Assembly: GCA_002450095.1 (NCBI GenBank)
Contig: DJYK01000026.1
Location: 17,781-81,780, forward strand
Direction of reading: 5' to 3'
Length of the DNA: 64,000 nt
Source of the DNA: Mageeibacillus sp. UBA6980
Lineage (GTDB): Bacteria; Bacillota; Clostridia; Saccharofermentanales; Saccharofermentanaceae
Of this stretch, positions 7,653-17,400 are shown piece after piece. Both the position numbers and the translations under genes were made by a program. Position 1 is the stretch's first letter, and every line of letters begins with the position of its first letter. The notes beneath the pieces are model-generated. The model was given only the letters and a program-made list of their open reading frames with translations. It did no database searches and was not told the DNA's origin.

Positions 7653-10157
7653 GTGAGGTGGAATATGGACAAGAATACTACTGATTATTTATCTGCAAAG
7701 AGAATTGCTTCCGGGATAGTAAATGTGTCTCAAGGATATGGTCTTGAGACTGTTGCTCCCGGTGATGTTCTTGCTGACAGAATACTTATGCCTGATGTAA
7801 ACAGATGGTACAGGCTCAATCAGATACGAGCCTGTTCTAATAATGAGAATACTCATAATACTTATAAGAATGCAATCAAAAGCACTATGGCATCGGTGTT
7901 AAGACAAAATGAAGATATCGTTTGTTCATATGTGTTTGATGGTGGCGAAGTGTCAGTAATGTATGGAGCAAGAAATGCCGATGTTGGCATGATGCTTGAA
8001 AGTTCTTTGCCTGAATGCAGAATGGAGATGGCAAGTCTTGATATTAATGACAGAACATACAGCTATAACGGAATAATTACCGGTCGTATCAGAGGAGAAG
8101 AGCTGTCGGATAAATTGGTTGCAGCAGGCGTTAACGGCGGATCAGGCTTTGTTGCACTTGTAGCCCAGAGTGTCCCTTTACAACACTTGAATGAAAGAAT
8201 TGAAAATAATAACCGTTTGATTGGTTTCCTTAACCGTTACTCTGTGTCACGTAATACTTATGGTGAGATGAGTAGGTACGAGGAAGAATATGTTGAACAG
8301 GATATTGTTAATGCCGTTGAAATACTGAAGGAAGAGAACGATGTATTGCTTCGTAACAGAGAAGAAGGATTTACATACTCTATAATAAGATTTGGTGCAA
8401 ATGGCATTGATTTATTCAACAGGCTCAAAACAATGCTTTGTTCAGTTAATTCTGCCTCTGTGGACAGAAATACCGGTGTAAGCCATGAACCTGTCAGATG
8501 TATTGAGATCCCCCCGTTTATGCGAATCAGACCGCTGGCTGTACCATACATTAAGTCAGGCGATAATGTTTATATCCCTGATACTATGGTTGCAATTGAT
8601 GAATTGTCAGAAGCATTTATTCCTGCGAGACGGTCTGTATTCGGATATAACTACATTAACTATCATATAGATGAAAACTCTTATGAAGCTTTTCCTACAA
8701 TGCCGTTGTTTGCCGGTAAATCGTTTGAAGTCGGAAAGATAAGCGATTCAAACGGAAAGGCTTTAATTCCTGTAAGTATGATAAATCAGCATGTCTTTGT
8801 TACCGGAAGTACAGGTCAGGGTAAAACGACTACGGTAAAGAAGCTTTTAGCAGAGGCGTGGAAAGAACAGATTCCTTTTATTGTCTTTGAGAGTGCAAAG
8901 AAGGAGTACTTCTCCCTTATTAAAGCAATACCGTCTCTTCGTGTGCTGACATCAGGCCTTGACGGTAACGCTTTGGCAACGGATCCTTTCTGCCCGGAAA
9001 GGGGCATTACTATAGGTGAACATGCTGATGCTTTGGAAAGGGCGATAATGGCAGCTTGTGAAGGCGAACATCCTATCCCCGAAGCTTTGGCGGGTTTGCT
9101 TGAGTATTCATATCGTAAATCCGGATGGGAGTATGATGAGCCGGCTTATGAAGATTTACGAAGACCTTTTCCTACAGCCCGGGAAGTATATGAGAATATC
9201 GACGATTATATACGAGAGAATGCCGGGTATGGTCAGGAAGTGACGGCAAATATCAAAGGAGCTCTCGAGATGAGGATCAGGGTTCTGACCAGCGGATTGG
9301 CAACTCATGTGTTTACCTATAATAATGCAATGACTGCCAGGGAACTGCTATCTGTTCCGACCGTGATTGAGATGGAAGATTACCCCGAGAAACTAAGAGT
9401 GTTCTTGACCAATATCCTTTTGTTTAAGATCAAGTCTTATCTCAAAAAGGTTGCTGAGAGTGATTCATTGAAAAGAATCATAGTAATAGAAGAAGCGCAT
9501 AATATCTTCCGAAAGACAATACATGAAGAATCAACTCAGGCTGCAAATAACAGATATATAGAGAATATGCTCGCAACCGTACGTGCATCCGGTACAGGGA
9601 TAATTATAAGTGATCAGCGTCCGTCATTAATGTCTGACGCAGTTATAGCAAATACTTCCGTGAAAATACTGCATGCTCAAACATCGTCTGAAGATATCAA
9701 TATTGTTGGTCAGAGTATGGGGCTTACAGAGTTTCAGATAAGAAAAGTGAGAGAGCTTCGTAAAGGCGAATGTCTTATTGCATTGACCGGTGTCCACGGA
9801 GTTCAGAGAGCGAAGATTAATATGTTGGAAACAACAGCTGCAATCAATGCTGCGTGCCATATTTGTCATCATCGTTATGACTGTAAACAATCTATGGCTG
9901 CCAGAACAGTCGCATCTATGAATCGGGATTTGTTGAAATACCATGTATCCGGAATCCTCGGTGTGATATATGAACCTGATAGGCTTAAGTCCGGCCTCGA
10001 CAGATTATTCCATGATGTCGGATTATATTGCGGATTGACAGCCTCGTGTTGTGTTTTGGCAGAGATACTGAATGAGTATGCACCTGATCTTTCTTTCGAA
10101 GAGAAGAGGATAATCGTAACTTCATATTACAGGTTTTTATCCCCCCTCAAGAGATGA
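7653..10157 (+). CDS. HerA/FtsK-superfamily (DUF87-like) P-loop ATPase with a large N-terminal extension
   Basis: Walker A VTGSTGQGKTTT, Walker B RIIVIEEAHNIF, then IIISDQRPS. No TM segment. The start is ambiguous (GTG 7653 or ATG 7665). Confidence 0.7.
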   Translation: MRWNMDKNTTDYLSAKRIASGIVNVSQGYGLETVAPGDVLADRILMPDVNRWYRLNQIRACSNNENTHNTYKNAIKSTMASVLRQNEDIVCSYVFDGGEVSVMYGARNADVGMMLESSLPECRMEMASLDINDRTYSYNGIITGRIRGEELSDKLVAAGVNGGSGFVALVAQSVPLQHLNERIENNNRLIGFLNRYSVSRNTYGEMSRYEEEYVEQDIVNAVEILKEENDVLLRNREEGFTYSIIRFGANGIDLFNRLKTMLCSVNSASVDRNTGVSHEPVRCIEIPPFMRIRPLAVPYIKSGDNVYIPDTMVAIDELSEAFIPARRSVFGYNYINYHIDENSYEAFPTMPLFAGKSFEVGKISDSNGKALIPVSMINQHVFVTGSTGQGKTTTVKKLLAEAWKEQIPFIVFESAKKEYFSLIKAIPSLRVLTSGLDGNALATDPFCPERGITIGEHADALERAIMAACEGEHPIPEALAGLLEYSYRKSGWEYDEPAYEDLRRPFPTAREVYENIDDYIRENAGYGQEVTANIKGALEMRIRVLTSGLATHVFTYNNAMTARELLSVPTVIEMEDYPEKLRVFLTNILLFKIKSYLKKVAESDSLKRIIVIEEAHNIFRKTIHEESTQAANNRYIENMLATVRASGTGIIISDQRPSLMSDAVIANTSVKILHAQTSSEDINIVGQSMGLTEFQIRKVRELRKGECLIALTGVHGVQRAKINMLETTAAINAACHICHHRYDCKQSMAARTVASMNRDLLKYHVSGILGVIYEPDRLKSGLDRLFHDVGLYCGLTASCCVLAEILNEYAPDLSFEEKRIIVTSYYRFLSPLKR

Positions 10158-10197
10158 GTTTTATCTGATATATCATCAGAGTAAGGAGGAAGGATTT

Positions 10198-10422
10198 ATG
10201 GCAGAAGTATTAGGACCAATTGTTTGTGTTGTATATGCTTGTATAGCTGTTGGGTTGATAACCGGTACAGACGATTCGTTTAAGTGCAAAGTTATCGGAA
10301 TCTGTTTCGCTGTAGCTGCGATTCCTCTGGTGGTTTTTATGGACGTCGTGATTAAAGTTCTCGGCGTGTTAATTGTAATAGCAGCGATTTTAATATTTAT
10401 CTACTGCCTGTTAGGAGTGTGA
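10198..10422 (+). CDS. Small two-TM membrane protein
   Basis: 74 aa, almost entirely hydrophobic. SD AAGGAGGAAGG upstream. Confidence 0.6.
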   Translation: MAEVLGPIVCVVYACIAVGLITGTDDSFKCKVIGICFAVAAIPLVVFMDVVIKVLGVLIVIAAILIFIYCLLGV

Positions 10423-10928
10423 CTGTTATGGATAAGACTATCTATTCTGTTTTTCTTGTAGTTGTAATAGTCGGAGCTTGTGTAATTAAGCTTGTGTATC
10501 TTAATTGTAAGGAACGCAAGGCTCAGCAACAGCGAAATAGGAACAATAACAATAGCAGCAATATTAACAGTAACAGGAATAGTGTAAGCCGCCCGATAAT
10601 ACAGGAAAGTACACCTGTTGCCCGTGCAAATATTAGTAATAATTATGTTTATTATTTTGCAAACGGCAGAGGCCCTCTTGAAGACAGGACGTTTTGTTTC
10701 AGTTACGAGAAAGTTGGTGAATCCTGGCGTGCTTATATAGTAAAAATGCCTTCCTTGAGATCTCGTGATGCGTCATTCGCGTTGACCCACAGATTGAGAG
10801 CGGATGACGGCAGGACGTATGTCTGCTGGGACAGTCCGATACATAATCTGAAGGATATGCAGAATGTATCTAAGATGTGGGCTGACTGTATTTGTGAGTA
10901 CATCAAGACAGGAAAGAGATTCGGATGA
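10419..10928 (+). CDS. Single-pass membrane protein with an Asn-rich linker, function unknown
   Basis: N-terminal TM YSVFLVVVIVGACVIKLVYL, then QQQRNRNNNNSSNINSNRN, then a globular C-domain. Overlaps the upstream stop. The start could be ATG 10428. Confidence 0.5.
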   Translation: MTVMDKTIYSVFLVVVIVGACVIKLVYLNCKERKAQQQRNRNNNNSSNINSNRNSVSRPIIQESTPVARANISNNYVYYFANGRGPLEDRTFCFSYEKVGESWRAYIVKMPSLRSRDASFALTHRLRADDGRTYVCWDSPIHNLKDMQNVSKMWADCICEYIKTGKRFG

Positions 10929-10938
10929 GGGAAAAGAT

Positions 10939-11718
10939 ATGAAACTAATGAAAAACAAGTTAACGAATATGGGTGAAGCACAGGCGCACGCTGAAAGCTG
11001 CCATTGGAATTCACTTGGAAGAATTGCTGAGACTGAAGGCAGATTCATCTCTGATGCTGACAAGGAGCGGATAGCCGGCGGTGTAGATACACTTAAGGTT
11101 GTTGAGTACGATCCTTTCGGTGAACGAAGCGGTGGGTACAGATGCCTAGAGGGTAAAAGCGAGATGGAGATATCTGTTCTTAATAAAGAACAGGTTGAAC
11201 GCACTACAATGCATGAGACAAACCATTTCGTAAGTCATCACAGCGAGACTTCCGTCCCATCCGTGGAACGTAACGGTGTATATGAGTACCAGACGGTAGG
11301 ATTGCGCCACTCTTCTTGGTTCAGGTCTAATGAGACGGGCAAAGTTCAAGAGGTGAAGATAACGGGCCGTGGACTTAACGAAGGTGTTACTACGATGTAC
11401 ACGAACAGACAGTTGATGGAATTAGACCGTGCCAAAGGTTTGGAGGCTGCAAGAACCGGAATATATCAGCATGCTACTGAGTTGTCATCCCAGCTTGAGA
11501 TAATTGTCGGCAGCGATGTTCTTAAGGAGGCATATTACGGAGGCAAGGAAAACGAGTTGAAAGAGCGGGTTGATAGACTTGGAGGAGCTGGTACTTACGA
11601 GAGATTGCGGGAATGCATGGATGGAACCGTATCATCTAACTATTATGAGCGAATCAATTCGACTGCACGGGCTCAGAAGATAATGGAAGAACTGTATGAA
11701 GGAGCGAAGAGAAAATGA
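10939..11718 (+). CDS. Putative HExxH zinc metallopeptidase
   Basis: MHETNHF motif plus a downstream GLNEGVT (possible third ligand). ATG 10939 chosen from the longer 10864 ORF because the preceding gene ends at 10928. Confidence 0.45.
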   Translation: MKLMKNKLTNMGEAQAHAESCHWNSLGRIAETEGRFISDADKERIAGGVDTLKVVEYDPFGERSGGYRCLEGKSEMEISVLNKEQVERTTMHETNHFVSHHSETSVPSVERNGVYEYQTVGLRHSSWFRSNETGKVQEVKITGRGLNEGVTTMYTNRQLMELDRAKGLEAARTGIYQHATELSSQLEIIVGSDVLKEAYYGGKENELKERVDRLGGAGTYERLRECMDGTVSSNYYERINSTARAQKIMEELYEGAKRK

Positions 11719-12056
11719 AAGATTATGTTATGAACTATTTGTTCTCAAACGGCGTAAGTATTAACTCGGTTAAGGAAGAGCAGGAGATCGAAGAAGGTAT
11801 ATCGCTCTTTCTTACAGAGTGCGGCTTGGCTCGAAGTAAGGATTCAGAGTATGCCAGAGGATATGTAAGACAGATCTTGTCGATAATAGACCCCCGTGAT
11901 ATAAAACAAATATTTTTGAAGTATAATGTAATAAGTAGAACGAGACAGCTCGCAGCCGAAGGCCGTACCTATGCGGATCCTGAGATGATGAAGTGTCTTA
12001 CTGAACTGAATGAGTGCGGGTTATACGGAAAGTATGTGCCCAATGTAGAAGAGTAA
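11715..12056 (+). CDS. Small hypothetical protein, translationally coupled to the peptidase gene
   Basis: ATGA start/stop overlap at 11715-11718. 113 aa with no recognisable motif. Confidence 0.5.
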   Translation: MKDYVMNYLFSNGVSINSVKEEQEIEEGISLFLTECGLARSKDSEYARGYVRQILSIIDPRDIKQIFLKYNVISRTRQLAAEGRTYADPEMMKCLTELNECGLYGKYVPNVEE

Positions 12057-12073
12057 TATCAGGAGGAATGATT

Positions 12074-13774
12074 ATGGCAGTTAGAACTATTACAAGAAGA
12101 ATGAATGCAGCTGAAGAAGCATTTGTTTCCGAACTTACAAAGATACATTCGAGACATAACTTTGAGAATCTTCTCACAAAAATACTGGTTGAATCCAGAG
12201 AATCAAATACTGAAGTATGGAATGAGTTGGTTGGTAAACTTTTTGATATGTTAAGAGATTGTGATATCGAGTTTAGTGAGGATGTTTTTTCAGACCCTGC
12301 GAATTACGATGCTGACAAAGAATATATAGAATCTTTGCTTGATAATGTCGAACTTGAAAATAGTGATGATGTTTTAAGATGTCTTATGGGAAAGGTACAG
12401 AATGTAATTGAAGCTGCGCCTTTACCTGAAGCATATTTGGAAAGGATTGTTGACCATGCATTAAATGGTGAATTGAATGGTGATTCCTTACGCCTCAAGA
12501 TCCTCAAGAGATTTATTAAGTATGGACGAGATGCTTTGTTTGATTCTGATAGTATTTCTGCAGAAAAACCGGGAGCCGGTTACGGCGGTAAAGGGTATAT
12601 ATATAAATGCGCACAAAAAAATGCTGGGGCAGATATTAGTATAGAGAAAGAAGACTACGATAGAATTGCTGATTATATCGATGAAAGTGTATTCAATGTT
12701 TTAAATGATGACGAGATAAATCGTGATAATTTCAGACCTGGCCGAACGTATGGAATTATTAAGGTGGTTAACGATCTTGCAAATGGACTTTTCAGGTCTA
12801 ATGAATCAACAAAGAAAGACTTATATATATTTGCCATAATTTTTGATATGTCATTCTATTATGAGGATCCTTTGCGTGCTCAGATACGTGATGAGTATTT
12901 AGATGTCGAGACGGGTTTGTTTGATAACTATTATCAGAATAATATTAAACGATTCATTAATGAAAAATATTATGATAAAGATAATGATTGTCTTGGTTCT
13001 GCATACGAGATAATACCTTCCGGAAGTGGAATTAACTATAATAACTTTGTTGAGTTGACGTACATATACTATTTATCTAATACTTTGGCGGAGGAAATGA
13101 CTCCGGAGGAAAAGATCAGAAGATCAGCGGCAATGATTCAAAGAATCAGAAATGCAGATAGAAATACTCATGAAGTATTAAATACGGCTCAGAGTAAGAG
13201 TTTTTTTGTTGATGATATTTTGAAAAAAAGTATAACTGAAGATAGTTATTTTGATTTTGTTGTAAAGAATATTGATATTGGTGAAAAAGACGATAACTGT
13301 GGACCGATGCAATATGGAGTTGGATCAGATACAGCATTTAGAGAATATAAATCCATAATCAATCAATATGATCAGCTTAAGGCTGAAGTGAAAGATCAGC
13401 TTAATCAGATGAAAATTGATGATAAGTATTGTGAAATAATTGATCATCAGGGTCATTATCTTGACTATTTCCCGGAAGATAGAACTCCTGCGTTTGATTG
13501 TGTTATTAAGATTTTGGATCGTATGTTGAAGGAAGATTATGTGCAATCAAAAGAGAAACTAACCAGAACACATATGATAGCTGCTTATTATGAGTACTTT
13601 ATATTGAAGTATTCTGACGATAAGTCTACGTTGTATGATTTCAAAGATGTGTATGATTGGTTTAAGAACGGGATTAATTATCACTTGAGAATTTCAGGAT
13701 ATACGGAGATAAACGCCAAGAGTTTGTTGGATATTCTCATTATAGCTTCTGCATATTCGTATTTGGCATTGTGA
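12074..13774 (+). CDS. Hypothetical protein (566 aa)
   Basis: AGGAGG at 12061-12066, 7 nt before ATG 12074. No motif recognised. Confidence 0.55.
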   Translation: MAVRTITRRMNAAEEAFVSELTKIHSRHNFENLLTKILVESRESNTEVWNELVGKLFDMLRDCDIEFSEDVFSDPANYDADKEYIESLLDNVELENSDDVLRCLMGKVQNVIEAAPLPEAYLERIVDHALNGELNGDSLRLKILKRFIKYGRDALFDSDSISAEKPGAGYGGKGYIYKCAQKNAGADISIEKEDYDRIADYIDESVFNVLNDDEINRDNFRPGRTYGIIKVVNDLANGLFRSNESTKKDLYIFAIIFDMSFYYEDPLRAQIRDEYLDVETGLFDNYYQNNIKRFINEKYYDKDNDCLGSAYEIIPSGSGINYNNFVELTYIYYLSNTLAEEMTPEEKIRRSAAMIQRIRNADRNTHEVLNTAQSKSFFVDDILKKSITEDSYFDFVVKNIDIGEKDDNCGPMQYGVGSDTAFREYKSIINQYDQLKAEVKDQLNQMKIDDKYCEIIDHQGHYLDYFPEDRTPAFDCVIKILDRMLKEDYVQSKEKLTRTHMIAAYYEYFILKYSDDKSTLYDFKDVYDWFKNGINYHLRISGYTEINAKSLLDILIIASAYSYLAL

Positions 13775-13792
13775 TAATAGGAGATTTGATTA

Positions 13793-14470
13793 ATGGGATT
13801 AAGTGAACCCGGTTTTTACCATGTACAAGAGTGTGTACCTAATCAGGATTGTATTCTTGCTGGTACCGTGAATAATTATCGAGTAGCAGTATTGGCTGAT
13901 GGAGTTTCTACTTGTCGTTGTTCAGGACAAGGTGCTTTTTTAGCCTGTTCTAAAACAAGAAGTTTTTTACTGAATAATGCAGAAGATGTTTTCGAATATG
14001 ATAAAGAATCAATTGCTGAATACATAGTTGATTCTGTTTATCGCTCTTTGTGTGAAGTATCAAATGTAAATGGCGATGCTCCCGCTGACTATTCCAGTAC
14101 ACTATCTGCAGTCTTATATGATCGCAGATCTCACCGATTAGTATGCTTTCATTTGGGAGATGGGTTGATTCTTTTGGCAAATAGGAAAGGATGCAGAGCT
14201 TTATGCATCCCGGGCAGCCGCATTAACGGAACAGCAGTTACAACAACAATTGGTGCTCATAAGGTATCAGTTGTTGTTAAAGAAGATATCTCATTTGATA
14301 AACACGTGTTATTGTGTTCAGATGGGGCATGGGAGAATATGTATAGAAAGGGATTCTTAAAGAATGAACCATTAAAATACATAACTAAAGGCAGGTTTAA
14401 TGCTTTGGATAATTATATTAGAAATACACATCCTAATGACGACTACAGTTATATTGCGATGAAACTATAG
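13793..14470 (+). CDS. PP2C-family Ser/Thr protein phosphatase
   Basis: VLADGVS, HLGDGLILL and LLCSDGAWE blocks, matching the metal-binding Asp motifs of bacterial PP2C/SpoIIE-like phosphatases. Confidence 0.7.
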   Translation: MGLSEPGFYHVQECVPNQDCILAGTVNNYRVAVLADGVSTCRCSGQGAFLACSKTRSFLLNNAEDVFEYDKESIAEYIVDSVYRSLCEVSNVNGDAPADYSSTLSAVLYDRRSHRLVCFHLGDGLILLANRKGCRALCIPGSRINGTAVTTTIGAHKVSVVVKEDISFDKHVLLCSDGAWENMYRKGFLKNEPLKYITKGRFNALDNYIRNTHPNDDYSYIAMKL

Positions 14471-14485
14471 AATAGGAGACTTTTT

Positions 14486-17400
14486 ATGGAACGGAATCAT
14501 AGATTGGTAAATGATGATGAGATTGAATTGTCGGAAGTAAGTACAGGTGCAACTGTTACCTTTAAGATAAATGATGTGCTTTCGGGTTCAGACGGATCAT
14601 CTGTAATATGTTATAGTGCCAGACGTCTTGATACCGGAAGGTCCATTATTCTTAAGGAGTTCTATCCCTTAGTTTATTCGTTTAATGATGACGGAAAGAG
14701 TTTTTCTCTTGTTAGAAATGATAATAACCAATTAATACCGTCATCAAATATCACAGAAGCCAAAGAAAAGTTCTTAGATCTTAGAAATACTAAATTCAAT
14801 ACTTCTAAAAAGATAATTGAAACAATAAACTCGAGTCAAGGTGAGAATATTCTAAAGACGTTTATTCCAAGTATTTCATTGTATCGAGGAACTGTTGATA
14901 ATGATGGTAATTGGAATAGCACTTTTTATTATGTTGTTGATCAGCCTCAATTGATTACTTTCGAAAGTGTTTGTGAAGATATCAAAAAGAATCCGCAGAA
15001 GGATTCAGAGTATAAATTGTTGGTTATATTAAAGTCGATTCAACAGTTAACTATCTGTATAAAGACTCTTCATGAAGAAGGTTTTTGTCATAGAGATATT
15101 TGTCCAAGCAATTTTGGATTTGCAAAGCGCAGTGAAGACTATCTTACTGAAACAATATCATTGTTTGATATTGATTGTTTTATGTATTTTAAAGATAAGA
15201 AAACGAATGAATTTGTGGGAACCCCAGGCTTTATGGCACCGGAGGTTGAGTCAAAAACTGTTCAGAGGTCTGTATCTGCAGATTTGTATTCGATAGGAGC
15301 AACTCTTTACTATGCTCTTACAGGAGAACACGCACAAGCAATAGAAGATCATAATAATAATCAGATAAGAGAAGAAATAGAACAATCGAAACTTGTAAAA
15401 GCTTCTACGGTTAATAATAATCCATATTTACTGGGGAAAATATGCGAGTTGCTTTATAAGTCATTGAATAGGGATGTAGATAATCGATATAAGAATTCGG
15501 ATGAGCTACTTAAAGACATTAGAATGGCTTTATTCTTTATGTTGCCTCCTGATAGAAGAGATATTGATGTTGACGGACTGGTATGGGAACTTACCAGAAC
15601 TGATTATACAACTGAACAGAAACAATACTATAAATTTTTGATGCTGTATCAGTTGTTTAAAGTACCTTTATACAATCCTGATCGCAGTGACGATAACAAT
15701 ACTATCGATGTTACACTTGTTGGATTTGACAGATATGGTTATGATTTCCTTGATGCTGTGCTTCAATTCAGTCAATGTATTAAGGAGACTGTCAATACAA
15801 GAGTTTATGTAAACGTCGATAGGTTTGAATCAGTTGATTTATATTTGGGTAATCGACCGGCTTTGAAGGACTTCTTTAGAATAAATAAGTTCGGAACACC
15901 ATTGAACCCTGTAAAAGAGTTTAATGACACGGATACATATTCATACGGTACAGTTGAGTTCATTAATTTTACAGGAAATGTAGATCCAAATCATATTGTT
16001 CGAAATGAGGATAATCGTAATTATATATTTGTTACTTTGGGAAATGACAAGAAGAATTACGAATATGCAACCCAATTAAGTGATGTAGTTTTGAATGTAG
16101 ATAAATGTATAACCTATATTGCAACGATGAACGAAGCAGTGGAAGATTATGCAGATTGTGTTGTGCCGATATTTGTTAATAAATTCGATATGAATGACGA
16201 AAAATCGGAGTTCTATCTGATTGAGGAGCGTTCAAAGATTCGTAACTTCCTGCATGACAGAGGAATATATGTAGATATTGAAAAAAAGATGAAGGATTAT
16301 CATAAAGATAACGAATATAAGCATAATGCATGTGTATCTGGAGTGTTATCACTGAAATATATGTTGCATCGTATAGGTGTTTCTCGTGATATGATTCATG
16401 ATCCAGAAGGGACTTCGGTAGAATTTGAGCGCGTTCACGATAATAACAGAAATGAACTCATATATATTGAACATAAACGCTGGGTAGTTGATAAATTATG
16501 TGATGGTTGGAGTCCTCTTCCTATAGATGAATTTGATGTGTATACATCTAGCGGTGAGAATAAAGATACAACTAACAAGCGACATTCTTGTATCGTCAGA
16601 AGCAGCATAAATAACAACGTCAATATACTGAAGGATCAGTATGGAGACGGCATTAATGTCAATGTGGATAAATGGGACGGAACAGAAGTAATACCTGAAA
16701 TGGATGAGCTTGACAGAGTATCTTTAACTTTGCATAGGTCATTTAAAAGGGCTGCCAATAATCCCAATAGAATAAATGATATCAAAAGAAATCTCTCTTT
16801 TATTGGTCAGGAAGTTTCCTGCGATCCTGAAAAATACAAACCATTTTCTGATTGGCAGCATTATATACTGAATCTTTTGGAAGGGAAAAACCCGGTTGAT
16901 AGATATGGTTCATTAAGGGACGCTTTCTTCTCGGCTATTGAGAAAGATGACGATGAGGTAAAGAAAAAGGCTAAAACAGTTGATGATGACGTTAAATGTA
17001 TAGTTCAATATAACAAGTTCCTTAACTATAAATATGAAGATGAGAAGATCTTTGATAATCTTCCCTTTATATTGAATTATTCATTAGAAACAGTATTAGT
17101 TAGAGATTTATACTTTGGTCCCAATAAAGAGAAACTGTTAAATAATTATGCATCAATTATGATCGCTAATCCTGCTGCTGTCGTTTATTGTGTTAATCTA
17201 ACCGCTACTAATGCTAACGTTGATGCAATATGTAATGTTATAGACTCAATCAATAACACTTTCAAAAAGCACTTTATACGGACCCAAATGAAGTTTTTGT
17301 TGTTCTATAATAATAATGACATAATTAGACATAAAAAAGAGAACTTAATAACTGCGTTAAATTCAAATAATCGGCAGTTCACAGTTATAGGTTCGGTCTT

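Noticed and set aside
7653-10157. Type VII secretion EssC or a conjugative coupling/VirB4 ATPase
   Set aside because: There are no TM helices or FHA domain, only one P-loop module, and no WXG100, relaxase, pilin or other transfer genes in the operon. The Walker B/DQRPS pattern fits DUF87/HerA better. Phylogeny would be needed to exclude VirB4-like ancestry.
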